Source: an uncultured Lentisphaerota bacterium (GTDB taxonomy: Bacteria; Verrucomicrobiota; Lentisphaeria; Victivallales; GWF2-50-93). From it: a DNA stretch of 64,000 bases. The notes below the pieces were generated by a model. That model did no database searches and was not told the origin of the DNA. It saw only the letters and a list, made by a program, of their open reading frames with translations. The position numbers and the translations under genes were made by a program. Location of the stretch: the NCBI GenBank assembly GCA_903872565.1, contig CAIQLG010000012.1, positions 18,337-82,336 of the forward strand, written 5' to 3'. Of the stretch, positions 45,163 through 56,600 are shown in pieces. Numbering within the stretch: the stretch's first letter is position 1; each line of letters opens with the position of its first letter.

Positions 45163-46275
45163 ATGACGCGTCTATTCACATTGATACTGTCAGTCGTGCT
45201 ATTGCTTCAGGTGGCACTTGAAACTCATGCAAAGGACGGGAAGTGGAAGATTGCTGTGGTAAGCAGTTATCACAAGGAGTATCTGTGGTCGCAGGACACA
45301 AATTCCGGGGTCATTGCAGGACTCCTGGAGTTCAAGTACCTTGATTCTCGGGAGGAGGCCGACAGATACACGAAGGACGACTTTGTCGAAAGCCCGAGGG
45401 CGATCATCAGGAAATTCTGGATGGACACGAAACGCAAGAGCAGTACAAAAGACATGTCCATGGCTGTCCAGCGCATAGCTTCTGAAATCAACCAGTTCAA
45501 GCCGGACATCATACTGCTTGGAGATGACAATGCCGCCAACTACATCGGAAACATGTATCTTGACACCGAAACACCCGTAGTCTTCTGGGGCATAAACGGT
45601 CTTCCTCTGAAATATGGGCTGCTTGATACGCTCGAAAAGCCTGGGCACAATGTCACGGGAATATTCCAGGCAGGCTATCTCCTTGAATGCGTGGATTATC
45701 TGAAGAGACTGCTCCCCGAAGTCAAAACCATGGCGATATTGTCGGACGATTCCGAAACCGGAAGGTCAAAGGCGAAGGAGCTGAACAATCTGTACGACGC
45801 TGGCAAGCTGCCTCTCCGAATCACCGGAACAGTCATCACAAATTCATATCGCGAATGGAAGGAGAAGGCGCTGGAGTTCGCAAAGAAATCGGACTCGTTT
45901 TTTGTCCTGAACCATAATACGCTCAAGGACGAGAATGGAATGCCAGTGGACCAGCTCGATGCCGGTGCCTGGTATTTGAAGAACATCAGCAAGCCAGATG
46001 TGGGGCATGAGAAGCAGTTTGTAGAGGAGGGGGTTTTGCTGGTCGTTGACGATTCTGGCTTCAAACAGGGGTATGAGGCTGTCAAAGTGGCGCATCAAAT
46101 TCTTGAGAAGGTCAGAAAAGTCTCCGAGATTCCACCCTATGCGCCGGGCAGGGGTGCTGTCATTGTAAACAGGCAGAGGGCGAAAATGCTTGGACTTGAA
46201 AAACGAATAGAGGGCACTCCGCTTGTGGAGGAATACATTGAGAATGCACTCGCACTTGAGAAGAAGCATGATTAG
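45163..46275 (+). CDS. Periplasmic ABC-type substrate-binding-like protein (PF04392-like), probable sensor partner
   Basis: Signal peptide MTRLFTLILSVVLLLQVALETHA. KIAVVSSYH...ILLGDDNAANY...VVFWGI...NVTGI pattern. Its stop overlaps the start of the kinase. Confidence 0.7.
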   Translation: MTRLFTLILSVVLLLQVALETHAKDGKWKIAVVSSYHKEYLWSQDTNSGVIAGLLEFKYLDSREEADRYTKDDFVESPRAIIRKFWMDTKRKSSTKDMSMAVQRIASEINQFKPDIILLGDDNAANYIGNMYLDTETPVVFWGINGLPLKYGLLDTLEKPGHNVTGIFQAGYLLECVDYLKRLLPEVKTMAILSDDSETGRSKAKELNNLYDAGKLPLRITGTVITNSYREWKEKALEFAKKSDSFFVLNHNTLKDENGMPVDQLDAGAWYLKNISKPDVGHEKQFVEEGVLLVVDDSGFKQGYEAVKVAHQILEKVRKVSEIPPYAPGRGAVIVNRQRAKMLGLEKRIEGTPLVEEYIENALALEKKHD

Positions 46276-49200
46276 AAGATTTCCAATATCATACTGCCTA
46301 TTTGCGCTGATGCTGGCTGTTGCCGTGATAGCCGCATCGGTGTCCGGATATGTACAGTTTGTCTCGGCGAAAAAAAATGCCGAGGAATCGCTTTCGAAGC
46401 GGCTCAGGGGTGACATGTCCAATTGCATCGAGCATTTCGCTCACGAGTACTCCATGGGAATCGAAAGGGCGCTGGCGGACATCGAGTCATCTCCGGGGCT
46501 TGACCGGTTCCTTTCATCGCCCGCCGAAGAGTCCATCATATATCTGCTTGACGAGGAGAGGAAGTTCCAGTGGCTTGCAAAGCAGACTCCTGGCTGTATA
46601 TCGATCAGCTTCATCGACCGTGATGGCAAGGAAGTGATATCCGTAAGCGGGGGCAAGAGGATTAGGAATCTTGTTTACATATTTGACTCGAAGGAAGAAT
46701 ATTACAAAAGGGTGGCAAATCTTTTCGGGACACTGAAGGCGATACCCTTGGGCAATGTATTGTTTGACAAGCCTTTCAAGTCACGAGGCAGAATGGAATT
46801 CGTCGCCGGCATGGCGAAATCCGACCCTGAAGTCGGCGGATTCGCCGGTGTGATAATGATACGGATGGATCTTTCCATGTATGTCGCCTATCTGTCATCA
46901 AAAAAGGAGGTGGACAATTCCCTGCTCTGGCTTTTCGATGCGGAAGGCGGCACCATCCTTGCCCCGGAAAACCGGACGGTCTCGCCGGATCCCAGCCCTG
47001 TAATATTCGGAAAAATACAGCATCCCAAGAACAATATGATCCTTCCAGGAGATGTCATGGCCGGGCAGCCGGAACACATTTTCCTCAAGCTTGCCTTCAG
47101 TGCATCCCAAAAGGTCTTCTCCTCTCTGACTGCGAACATCGTCAAAAACACTCTCGTGGTGATCCTGCTGGCGCTGGCCGTATCCTCGCTCATATCGTAT
47201 TTTGCATCCAGGTGGTTCACAAGACCCATTGTAAGCCTTGCACATGCCTGCAAAGGGATAGGGAAAGGTGATTTCAGCGGGAAAATTCCTGCAATTGGCG
47301 GCATGGAGATGCAGGAACTTGCGGACTCGTTCAACCAGATGACGGAAAATCTCGGCAGCATGACCGTCTCAAGGGACATTTTCCAGAAGGAGAAGGACAT
47401 GGCGCAGAACTATCTCGATATTACCGAAGTCATGCTTGTCGCACTCGACTGCCAGGGCAAGGTGTCCATGATAAACAGGAGGGGCTGCGAGATCCTTGGA
47501 TATCCGGAATCCGACATAATCGGGAAGAGCTGGTTCGAATCCTTTCTGCCTGAGAATTTTAAACTTAATGCCGAGCAAAACTTCTCCAAGTTGCTCAGGA
47601 AGGAGACGGAGCATGTCAAGTATGTGGAGAATTCCATCTTGTCGAGGGGCGGCGAGGAAAAAATCATCGCATGGCACAATGCTGTTCTTTCGGACAAGGA
47701 CGGGAATGCGATCGGAACCCTGAGCTCCGGCGAGGACATCACCAAGCGCAAGCGGGCGGAGGAATTGTTGCGGGAGACCAATCGCAAACTCGAAGCCGCC
47801 ACGGAGCAGGCAGTGCAGGCCAATGCTGCCAAGAGCGACTTCCTTGCCAATATGAGCCATGAGATCCGCACACCCATGAACGGAGTCATCGGAATGACCG
47901 GGCTTCTGCTGGATACGGAACTCAGCTACGAGCAACGCAAGTATGCTGAGACACTGCGTGCCAGCGGAGAGTCACTGCTGACGATCATAAACGACATCCT
48001 GGATTTTTCAAAGATCGAGGCGGGTAAGCTAGAACTGGAAATTATGGACTTTGATCTGCGTGCCATATTGGATGATTTCGCCGCCTCCCTTGCACTGCAA
48101 GTCCAGAAGAAGGGGCTCGAATTCATCTGCGCCATTTCGCCGGACGTGCCGCCCCGCCTTTGTGGCGATCCCGGACGCCTGCGCCAGGTGCTAGTCAATA
48201 TTGCGGGCAACGCGATCAAGTTTACACATAAAGGCGAGATCGCAGTGCTGGCAGGCCTGGTGTCGGAATCCGATGTGAAAGCCGTGATCCGCTTCTCCAT
48301 CCGGGATACCGGCATTGGAATTCCGGCAGGCAAGCGGGACTGTCTGTTCCAGAAGTTCACGCAGGCGGACTCCTCGACTACGCGCAGGTATGGCGGAACC
48401 GGCCTCGGACTGGCCATTTCCAAGCAAATCGTTGAACTGATGGGCGGCGAGATTGGCGTTGAGAGCCCTTCCATGTCGCTCAGGACGGGCGAGGGCGGGC
48501 CAGGGTCGGAATTCTGGTTCACTGCGTGTTTCGCAAAACAGACCGGAGAAGGGGGACGTAACGTCATGCCATTGACAGATATTTGCGGGACACACATACT
48601 GGTGGTGGACGACAACGCCACAAACCGCGAGGTGCTGAAAGCTCAGCTCCGGTCCTGGGGCGTACGCTCGGAGGAAGTCCCGGATGGACCCAGTGCATTG
48701 CGGGAACTGCATAGGGCATTGAATGCAGGCGATCCATTCCGGGCGGCCATTCTCGACATGCAAATGCCAGACATGGACGGCATCACATTAGCCTGTTCCA
48801 TCAAGGCCGATGCAAAATTGAAGGATATCTATATGGTGCTGCTGACCTCCATGGGCCAGTTGGGCGATGCCCGGAAAATAGCGGAGATTGGATTTTCCGC
48901 CTGCCTGAGCAAGCCTGTGCGCTCGTCGGATCTCTTTGACAGTCTGGCCGCTGTCCTGGCGGGTCAGAAAATGCGGCTGGCGGCGCCACTTTTCACACGC
49001 CAGGCGATACTCGAGATAAATCGTGGGATGACGGTTCGCATACTGCTAGCCGAAGACAACATCGTAAACCAGATGGTGGCAGTTGGCATTCTCAAGAAAC
49101 TGGGATTGCGTGCGGATGCCGTGGCCAATGGCGCGGAAGCCGTCGATGCGCTTAAAACTATCCCATACGATCTGGTGCTGATGGATGTGCAGATGCCTGT

Positions 49201-49411
49201 AATGGACGGACTGGAGGCTACGCGCCGAATCCGCAATCCCCATTCCGCAGTGCTGAATCACCAGATCCCCATCATTGCAATGACTGCCGGTGTCATGCAG
49301 GAAGACAGGGATCGCTGTCTGAATGCGGGCATGAACGACTACGTCACCAAGCCGGTATCACCCCAGGCACTGGCGGAGGCACTGGAAGAATGGCTGCCAA
49401 AACCGGAGTGA
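46268..49411 (+). CDS. Hybrid sensor histidine kinase (TM, Cache-like, TM, HAMP, PAS, HisKA, HATPase_c, two receivers)
   Basis: Start trimmed to ATG 46268 ([22 protein letters not shown]). [54 protein letters not shown]...[11 protein letters not shown]. Confidence 0.9.
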   Translation: MIRRFPISYCLFALMLAVAVIAASVSGYVQFVSAKKNAEESLSKRLRGDMSNCIEHFAHEYSMGIERALADIESSPGLDRFLSSPAEESIIYLLDEERKFQWLAKQTPGCISISFIDRDGKEVISVSGGKRIRNLVYIFDSKEEYYKRVANLFGTLKAIPLGNVLFDKPFKSRGRMEFVAGMAKSDPEVGGFAGVIMIRMDLSMYVAYLSSKKEVDNSLLWLFDAEGGTILAPENRTVSPDPSPVIFGKIQHPKNNMILPGDVMAGQPEHIFLKLAFSASQKVFSSLTANIVKNTLVVILLALAVSSLISYFASRWFTRPIVSLAHACKGIGKGDFSGKIPAIGGMEMQELADSFNQMTENLGSMTVSRDIFQKEKDMAQNYLDITEVMLVALDCQGKVSMINRRGCEILGYPESDIIGKSWFESFLPENFKLNAEQNFSKLLRKETEHVKYVENSILSRGGEEKIIAWHNAVLSDKDGNAIGTLSSGEDITKRKRAEELLRETNRKLEAATEQAVQANAAKSDFLANMSHEIRTPMNGVIGMTGLLLDTELSYEQRKYAETLRASGESLLTIINDILDFSKIEAGKLELEIMDFDLRAILDDFAASLALQVQKKGLEFICAISPDVPPRLCGDPGRLRQVLVNIAGNAIKFTHKGEIAVLAGLVSESDVKAVIRFSIRDTGIGIPAGKRDCLFQKFTQADSSTTRRYGGTGLGLAISKQIVELMGGEIGVESPSMSLRTGEGGPGSEFWFTACFAKQTGEGGRNVMPLTDICGTHILVVDDNATNREVLKAQLRSWGVRSEEVPDGPSALRELHRALNAGDPFRAAILDMQMPDMDGITLACSIKADAKLKDIYMVLLTSMGQLGDARKIAEIGFSACLSKPVRSSDLFDSLAAVLAGQKMRLAAPLFTRQAILEINRGMTVRILLAEDNIVNQMVAVGILKKLGLRADAVANGAEAVDALKTIPYDLVLMDVQMPVMDGLEATRRIRNPHSAVLNHQIPIIAMTAGVMQEDRDRCLNAGMNDYVTKPVSPQALAEALEEWLPKPE

Positions 49412-49510
49412 GGAGGGCAGGGGGGGCACAAAAAGATATAAATCACATTCATATGTAATAGATTTATAGTCAATATGATATATACTATTAATGATATTGG
49501 CTTTAGTCTC

Positions 49511-49526
49511 TGGCATCCTTCCTGCT
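49511..49526 (+). promoter_or_regulatory. Candidate sigma54 (-24/-12) promoter upstream of the secreted peptidase gene
   Basis: TGGCATCCTTCCTGCT on the + strand, one mismatch from the gvpA copy 2 element. About 88 nt upstream of ATG 49614. Confidence 0.5.
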
Positions 49527-49613
49527 GTTACTAGACCCAATTGCACCGTTACGGTTAAGAATGGTGCCGTCCGGGCGCTGTCGCTGCAACATTACAATTA
49601 AGGAGAAATAGAA

Positions 49614-51029
49614 ATGAAATGGAAAATGTTTTTTGCAGTCCTGTCAGTCATGTATGTCGTCTCATCGGTTCAGGCTCAGGAAAATGACCTGCCATATGGC
49701 GTAATGAGACCTGATGCGAAAACCCTCAAAAAATGGAATGAGAACTTTCTCCGGCAGCCACTTGCGGAAGTCTCTTCCACCCGTGCAAGCAAACGTGGGA
49801 ATTTTTCACTTCTCGGCCACTTGAATTTTGATCCTGTCCTGCGCGATCAGGGGCGTACCGGGACCTGCTGGATATGGGCTGGCACAGGTTGCCTTTCCAT
49901 CGCTCTTGATATCCAGAAGTCTGTCGCGTCAGAGCTCATGAACGGCCTTTCTGTCCAGTTTCTGGCATCGAACGAGGCGCTTGTTGGTGCCACCTACGAA
50001 TCAGGCGGCGATATGCCGCAGATCATTGATTTTTACTCACGTGTCGGATATTCCATCGCCTGGACAAACACCAGCGCCGAATGGCAGGACGGTGACGGAG
50101 TACAGAATTGCCCGAGCTCATGGATCCACACCAATCCGCGCTATCCGATCAGCGCAATAAGCTTGTCGGCAGTTTCAACCACTGGCGTTGATCAGGCGAC
50201 GGCCATAGCAAACATCAAAGACGCCCTGAACCAGGACAATCCGATATCTTTGGCATTTTATATGCCGACCGATAAGGACTGGCTTGGCTTTTCCACATTT
50301 TGGAGCAATGACCCCGAGACCACGATCATAAATCTGGATAAATATCCTGTCGCCCCCTGGGATAATGGCGCAGGACACGGTGTCGTGTGCGTCGGCTATA
50401 ATGATGACGCACCGGAACTCGAAAACCAGTACTGGATAATCCTCAACAGCTGGGGAGATGCCGACGGGAAACGCCCGGACGGATGCTTCCGACTCTCGAT
50501 GAATCTCGACTATTCAAAACAGCTCACCCAGGGAAGTTCAACTTTTTACGCCTACCAATGGAGCATATTCAATGTCAAATTTTCAGATGTCATGAACAAG
50601 CGTTTTGACAGCGTGTCATTCAATTTCAACAATGCCAGGACGGACGCGGACACGTGCACAATATCGAAATACACCTTCTCGGGTTCAGCTCCCACGGCCA
50701 TATCGAATGCGGTTCTGCGCATGAACGGGTATGACATCACTTGCAATAGCAGCACCGGAACGTGGAGCGCAAATGGAAAAATCTTCAAATTCAAAAGCAA
50801 GCCCAATGGCGGTGCGAAGGTTGAGATTACAGTTGACGGCAATAAAAATTTCTGGAGCTCAAAGGTTACTAAAAGCGACATCAACAGATATGTGAACTAT
50901 TACGATGCGCTTGATTTTGACCTTTCGACTTCTCCCAACGAATCGGCACCGGTGGTTCTCGGCAATTCATGCACCCTGATGTTTGACGATCTCTGCCCTA
51001 AAGCCTCCGGAAAGGCAAAGAAAAAATAA
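49614..51029 (+). CDS. Secreted papain-like (C1-family-like) cysteine peptidase with C-terminal beta-rich domain
   Basis: Signal peptide MKWKMFFAVLSVMYVVSSVQA. Catalytic-Cys context DQGRTGTCWIWAG, His context GAGHGVVCVGY, YWIILNSWG. Confidence 0.65.
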   Translation: MKWKMFFAVLSVMYVVSSVQAQENDLPYGVMRPDAKTLKKWNENFLRQPLAEVSSTRASKRGNFSLLGHLNFDPVLRDQGRTGTCWIWAGTGCLSIALDIQKSVASELMNGLSVQFLASNEALVGATYESGGDMPQIIDFYSRVGYSIAWTNTSAEWQDGDGVQNCPSSWIHTNPRYPISAISLSAVSTTGVDQATAIANIKDALNQDNPISLAFYMPTDKDWLGFSTFWSNDPETTIINLDKYPVAPWDNGAGHGVVCVGYNDDAPELENQYWIILNSWGDADGKRPDGCFRLSMNLDYSKQLTQGSSTFYAYQWSIFNVKFSDVMNKRFDSVSFNFNNARTDADTCTISKYTFSGSAPTAISNAVLRMNGYDITCNSSTGTWSANGKIFKFKSKPNGGAKVEITVDGNKNFWSSKVTKSDINRYVNYYDALDFDLSTSPNESAPVVLGNSCTLMFDDLCPKASGKAKKK

Positions 51030-51146
51030 GGAAACAGTCTGCCGCAGAACTGCGTCCAGTAATAGGTTTGCGTGGCGGAATATCTGCGGGGGACTGAATA
51101 TTTTCAACGGATTGTATTCCGGAAATGTTTCCTTCTCGCCTGGATG

Positions 51147-51410
51147 TCAGCACGCCAGACTGCCCATAGGATCCCAGGGAGGCAGGACGATAGGAGGCAT
51201 CGCGAGCGCATTTTGAAGATGCTTCGGAAGCGCGTTCCTGCGGACTGATATCTCGAACATATACTCGTCAAACCATGAATCGTTCATGACAAAGAAACCC
51301 TTGCGTCCGCATTTTTCCTCTCCCCGTCTGTTTTCTACGCGCAAGCGCCTCGGGCGGCGGTTGACCACATCAACTCCGGTGAAGAGCATTGCATGCGACA
51401 TGCAGGTCTG
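51147..51410 (-). pseudogene. Aminopeptidase C / bleomycin-hydrolase (C1B) C-terminal relic
   Basis: MSHAMLFTGVD...LRVENRRGEEKCGRKGFFVMNDSWFDEYMFEISV...PPIVLPPWDPMGSLA matches only the last ~90 residues of PepC-type enzymes. NSWG is degraded to NRRG. No upstream catalytic Cys region. Confidence 0.7.
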
Positions 51411-51509
51411 GTGATAGATCAGGCGGGCAGCCTTGTCCAGCGTGAACTTCAAACAGTTTAAAATCCGAGAATAACATGTAAACATGTAAATCCAAGGAGG
51501 GGAATATGT

Positions 51510-52565
51510 CTATTTTTTCGGGGTGGCGAATCTAGTTCCACATTTCGCCATTTCTGTGATTCTGACAACTTCGACGCCCTCGTCAATTGTGATCGGATAA
51601 GGTTTGCCCTTGCGGATTGCCTCGTAAAGCCCTTTCCATATATGGTGGACATCGCAGGCGGCCTTAGGCGCGACCGGAATGGTCTTTTCAACCCACTTGA
51701 GCACTTCCGGGTTGGCGAAACCACCGCTCGAAGGATTGCCAGCATATGCCTGGATTTTTATCAGCTTCTGCTTCGGGTCAATATATTTCATCGTGATCGT
51801 ATTGCCCTGGCAAGTCAATGCGCCTTTGCTTCCGAAAATCACATATTCCGGCTGTGAAATGGCGGTGCCGCCGCTTATCTCAAGATCTACGATCCGTCCA
51901 TTTTTCCCGGTGAGCACTATTTTGAAATGATCTTCGGCATCGCCTGCTGCGGCAATATTTTTCAAGTCGCTCCAGATTTTAGCGACCGGGGATTCCAGGA
52001 AGCGCAGTGCGTGGTCGATGATGTGCGGCCCCCAGTTGTTAAGCTGTCCGCCACCGCAACCCATGATTGTCTGCCAGTCGTTGCGGCGCTGATAGCTGTG
52101 ACGGTGCAGTTTGACTTCATAAATATCACCTAGTACGCCGCTTGCAATTATTTCACGTATGTGATTGAACGGAGCCTCGTATCGGCGGTTATGTCTCAGA
52201 TACAGTTTTCCTGGATATTTCTCGGAAGCCTTTTTCAGTTTTTTAGCGTCCGCATAAGTCAGTGCTATTGGCTTTTCCAGGGACACATACTTCCCGGCGG
52301 CAAGCGCCCTGAGGGCGTGGGCGGTATGGTCCGGAGAGCGGGTGGCTATGGATATCAATTCAACTTCAGCATCCTTCAGTAATTTTTGCGGGTCGCCGTA
52401 AAAACGGCAAGAGGGCAGTTCTTTTTTTGTCAAATTGATCCGCGTCTCCTCAATGTCACAGCCCGCGACGAGTTCAAACATCTCCGGGAAAAATGCAATC
52501 TCACGGATGTGCATCCCGTAACCGGCTCGCCCGAGACCCCATATGCCAACTTTAATCTTTTTCAT
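51510..52565 (-). CDS. Gfo/Idh/MocA-family NAD(P)-dependent oxidoreductase
   Basis: MKKIKVGIWGLGRAGYGMH Rossmann start, EKPIALT motif. 351 aa. Confidence 0.85.
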   Translation of the reverse strand: MKKIKVGIWGLGRAGYGMHIREIAFFPEMFELVAGCDIEETRINLTKKELPSCRFYGDPQKLLKDAEVELISIATRSPDHTAHALRALAAGKYVSLEKPIALTYADAKKLKKASEKYPGKLYLRHNRRYEAPFNHIREIIASGVLGDIYEVKLHRHSYQRRNDWQTIMGCGGGQLNNWGPHIIDHALRFLESPVAKIWSDLKNIAAAGDAEDHFKIVLTGKNGRIVDLEISGGTAISQPEYVIFGSKGALTCQGNTITMKYIDPKQKLIKIQAYAGNPSSGGFANPEVLKWVEKTIPVAPKAACDVHHIWKGLYEAIRKGKPYPITIDEGVEVVRITEMAKCGTRFATPKK

Positions 52566-52671
52566 TTATTCTCCTGTCTGGTTATGTTTTCTAAATTATA
52601 TGATTATACTATATGCATGTTCTTTCACTTGTGAAATAGACATTTTGAGCAAAATACTGGACTATTTGATC

Positions 52672-53484
52672 ATGAAATATTTTAAAGGCATAAGTTTCAT
52701 ATGTTGTGGAGACTGCCCGCAATATGCGTCGATCCAGAATCGCGTCTTTGACGGATACTATGGAATCCAATACAACCATGAAGGCCCCATGGATTTTGCC
52801 GTGAGAGACGATCCGCGCCGTCATGTCGAAGTCCCATGCGCCTTCATCAGCCAGCCCCGCCTGAAGTTCTACTATGGAGCCCCCCCGGGAAAAACCAGAC
52901 ATCATGTCTTTGTGTGCTTCAAAGGGCCGCGTGCGGACAAATTCATCAGGGACCGACTAATGGTGCTTGACCGCAGGCAGCCACTGATAAAAATCATAAA
53001 TCCAGAACGATTCCTCTACACATTCCGCGAACTGATTGCAAAGGTAGGGAACAGTAATCATCAGGGGGATTATGACCGCGCTGTGCTATTGCTTGAGGAC
53101 CTCCTCCTGCAGATGCATGAACAGCCCATGGACAAGCCGGAAATCAACAGCTATTTTATGCCAGGACTGAAAAAACTGAAGAATGCGCTGATGCAAGACC
53201 CGCAGTTAAAATGGGATTTCATGAGAGAGTCTTCATCTCTTGGAATATCCTATCCGCACTTCCGCCGTATTTTTCGGCAATATACCGGTATCTCTCCTAT
53301 GAATTACCTGATCAAGTGCCGATTGCAGGTCGCGGAACGGCTGCTGCTATATTCCGGAGACCAGATCCGCTCAATCTCGGAAAAATGCGGCATTGCCGAC
53401 GAATTTTATTTTTCCAGGCTGTTCAAGAAATATTACAAGTTGTCTCCCAATACCTACAGGAAGGAATTCAAAAGCCTGCATTAG
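52672..53484 (+). CDS. AraC-family transcriptional regulator
   Basis: Start trimmed to ATG 52672, avoiding overlap with the divergent gene. C-terminal HTH pair ...LGISYPHFRRIFRQYTGISPMNYLIKCRLQVAERLL...IRSISEKCGIADEFYFSRLFKKYYKLSP. Confidence 0.85.
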   Translation: MKYFKGISFICCGDCPQYASIQNRVFDGYYGIQYNHEGPMDFAVRDDPRRHVEVPCAFISQPRLKFYYGAPPGKTRHHVFVCFKGPRADKFIRDRLMVLDRRQPLIKIINPERFLYTFRELIAKVGNSNHQGDYDRAVLLLEDLLLQMHEQPMDKPEINSYFMPGLKKLKNALMQDPQLKWDFMRESSSLGISYPHFRRIFRQYTGISPMNYLIKCRLQVAERLLLYSGDQIRSISEKCGIADEFYFSRLFKKYYKLSPNTYRKEFKSLH

Positions 53485-53538
53485 CACTTGAACTGTTTTT
53501 CCTTTAGCCCTCGCAAAGCGTCTCTGTTATTGCATTAG

Positions 53539-53657
53539 CTGCAGCCACGGCTACCTGTCCTACGAAGCCTTGGTATAGTAGGATTTTGGCCGTGGTCGCC
53601 CCCAGCATCCGCCTACGCAAAGAAGCTACATGGCGAGATATGTGGGGGCGGCTACAG
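53539..53657. repeat. Expanded copy of the GTAGCC nested-palindrome family at a convergent gene junction
   Basis: CTGCAGCC-ACGGC[...]GCCGTGG-TCGCCCCCA[...]TGGGGGCG-GCTACAG. Same three-way architecture as 26437..26487, with both inner loops enlarged to ~35-40 nt. Confidence 0.6.
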
Positions 53658-53659
53658 TA

Positions 53660-56600
53660 CTATTTGTCTTTAATCTGGTCAAATCCTGTGATGCGGCTGC
53701 CGCTGAATTTTGCGCGATAAAGCAAATCCGAGCTCGTGTCCTTGAATATGACTTCATCCCTTCCGTCCCCGTCCGAATCGGATGATTGGATGAACTCGAA
53801 GTTTTTCAGTGCGAGCCTCTGTCCTTTCGGTGCCATATCCCATCCGACAATTCCTCTGTCTATGCGGATTTCGCAGTTCTGTGAATTGAACCAGACGATT
53901 TCGGAGGTACCGTCGCCATCGAAATCTCCAGTGGCGACCACCATCACCGATTTGTCGAGTCCGTGCCAGAGGAGACGTTTCTTGCCTGTAAGCGGGCTGT
54001 AAATCCAGAACGGTCCTGAATCCGCGCCACTTCTCGATATTACCTCCGAGGCTCCGTCGCCGTCGAAATCTCCGGAACCTATTATCTGGCAGGGGGCCAC
54101 AGGATCAAGTAGCAGAGAACCCATTTCACTGCCTTTCAAACTGTCGCTTCCCGAAGCGAAATGTCTTCCGTCGTCGGCTGTCCACAGGGAGTCGCTTTTT
54201 CCGTCGCCATCGAAGTCGTCTCTTGGCACGATTTGCCTGGCGTGGAAGACTAGTTCGACATCCGTGGCATCATTAACTTCCTTTGTGCCGGGACGGAACT
54301 TGAATCCATCAAACGATGGAGCAACCACGTATTTGTCCTGCGGGACTCTTGTGAATTTGAAATTGCCATTGGCATCGGTCTGAACCATGCCAAGAACTCC
54401 ACTTCTCATATGCAGGCGGACAATTGCGGTCTTGGATGCTGGAAGATCTTCGACCCGCCCGGTAATATTGATAAAAGTGTTGGTCGCGGATTTTTTGATC
54501 GTGAAATTAACGTCTTCGATGTCTTTGTTGGTCATTTTTTTGCTTATTGAAACCGGGTCGAACACAAATCCTGTTTTCGAAGGAGTGAAGGTATATGTCG
54601 CCGGTGTGAGCATGAAGGAGAATTTTCCGTCCTTGTCGGTCATCGCGGACTGATCAGCTCCGTTAGGCGACTTCACTGTTATTTTCACGCCGTCGGCATC
54701 GCTTTGCGTCACCTGCCCCTTGGCGGCGAAGACGGAGACAGGATCCGCGTTGAAAATAAGATTGGGATATTTGTCGTAGCCCATGGATGAAGTCAGATCG
54801 AAAGTGTAGCTCTTGTCCTTGTCTTTCGAAGATTCGAACTGATATGCGGAATATGATGGAGTGATGGTGTAGTTCCCGGTGTCGAGGGCATCGAACTGGA
54901 ACGTCCCGTCCCTTTCACTCGTGAAAGTCACTCTCTTGTAACCACTCTTGTCATTTTTCACAAGGGTGACCATCGCTCCGCCGAAAGGTTCCCATGAGGC
55001 GCCATTCTTGCTGCGGATTTTCCCGAATGCCAGATTCTTCGCATTCTCCGAGGAAGTCGTGTTGAAATCAACACCTGAAATGTCCTTGTCCACAATCTCA
55101 AGCTCCCTGCTGACCGGGGTGAAAGTTTTTTTGTTGAAACTCGGGACAAGCGTATATTTCCCCGGGCGCAAACCGGTGATTTTATACATTCCCAGCTCCT
55201 TGTCCTCCATGTATACCAGTCTGCTGAATTTTTCGCCGATTACTGCAATTGCGGCACCGGATGTCTTGTTTCCCTGTCCATCGGTAAGCCCTAGAATGTT
55301 CCCGGAAATGTCGTAGGAATATCTTGCCACAATGGTCCGATTTGTCTTTATGGGAAGAGCGGATAGTACGGGATTTGTCGGATCTATGAATCCAGAGGAA
55401 TCGCCCTGGCTGTCGGTCCATTTTGCGAACTTCGCAGAGCCGAACTGCGCTGGCGCGGAAACGGTCACTGTCTCTCCCGTCTTGAAGATTCTCGAGAATG
55501 GAGCACGTCCGGAACCGTATCCATTCTGGTCGATCTTGTCGAAGAGAATGGTGGGGGAAATTCCTTCGTCTGACTTCACGATAAGCTCGGAAATGGAAGA
55601 ATCCTGTTTGAGCATCGAATATTTGATATTAACTTTGAGGCTCTTGATGCTGAAGCTGTCTTCCGAGTCGGATGGTGCACCTTTCATGGCTGTTCTGCCG
55701 GATCCCTCGCCTCTGAGGGATTTGCTTTCCTTGTTCTCCATGGATTTTTTGATGTTTATCGTGGCATTCGCTGAGGGCCAGCAAAATATCGGCATTTCCG
55801 CATCAGTGACTGCAAGCTTCTTGTCGGTAAGTATGGTCTTAAGCAGAGACGCCTCGGCCACGCTTGGGACAATTTGAGTGATACTTTTCGTCGTATATGT
55901 GTATTTGCCGCCCCAAACTATCTTATTGTCGCCCGAAGTGGAATTGTAGTGTCGGAAACGATAGGCGTTGCCCTTTGCCGTGCTGAGGTCGGAAACGCCG
56001 TCATGAGTGAAGAACACTGAGAAGTTGGCGTTCTTGGTCGAAGGCGCCCATGGCGCGAGCCCGACATTCATCTCGGTCACTTCGATACTTCTGATGCGCA
56101 GTCCCTGTTCGCTGCCGAACAATCCGGTTTTTTGAAAATTGATCTCGAGTGTTTCGCCCCGGTTTAGGGCATCGAGCTGGTTCGGGTGGAACTCATAGGT
56201 GGTTTCGGTATCGCTTTCGCTCGATTTGCGCATGTTTATGATTTCATCGTAGAGTTGAGCGCACATCTTCCAGATCACATCGGAATAGAGAGTCTTGAGC
56301 TGTTTGAACTGACCTTCATTGAGTGTGGAGCCGGCATTGTCAACCTCGACGAGTTTGATGATGCTGTTCTTGAGATCGCTCAGATCGAGCGGGGTGGTAT
56401 ATTCCTTGAGCATGCGGTATTCGTAGGCCTTCTTCATGTAGTAATGATATTTGATGAGGTTGTCCTCCGCCCGCTTCGAGAGTTCGTCGAGATAGCTGTC
56501 AAGTCTCGGGTCAATCGCACCCTGCCGCAGCAGGACTTGATTCTGGATGCTGTCTATGGCGTTCAGGGATGCGGTCATCTGGTTCGTGTAGAATGCGACG

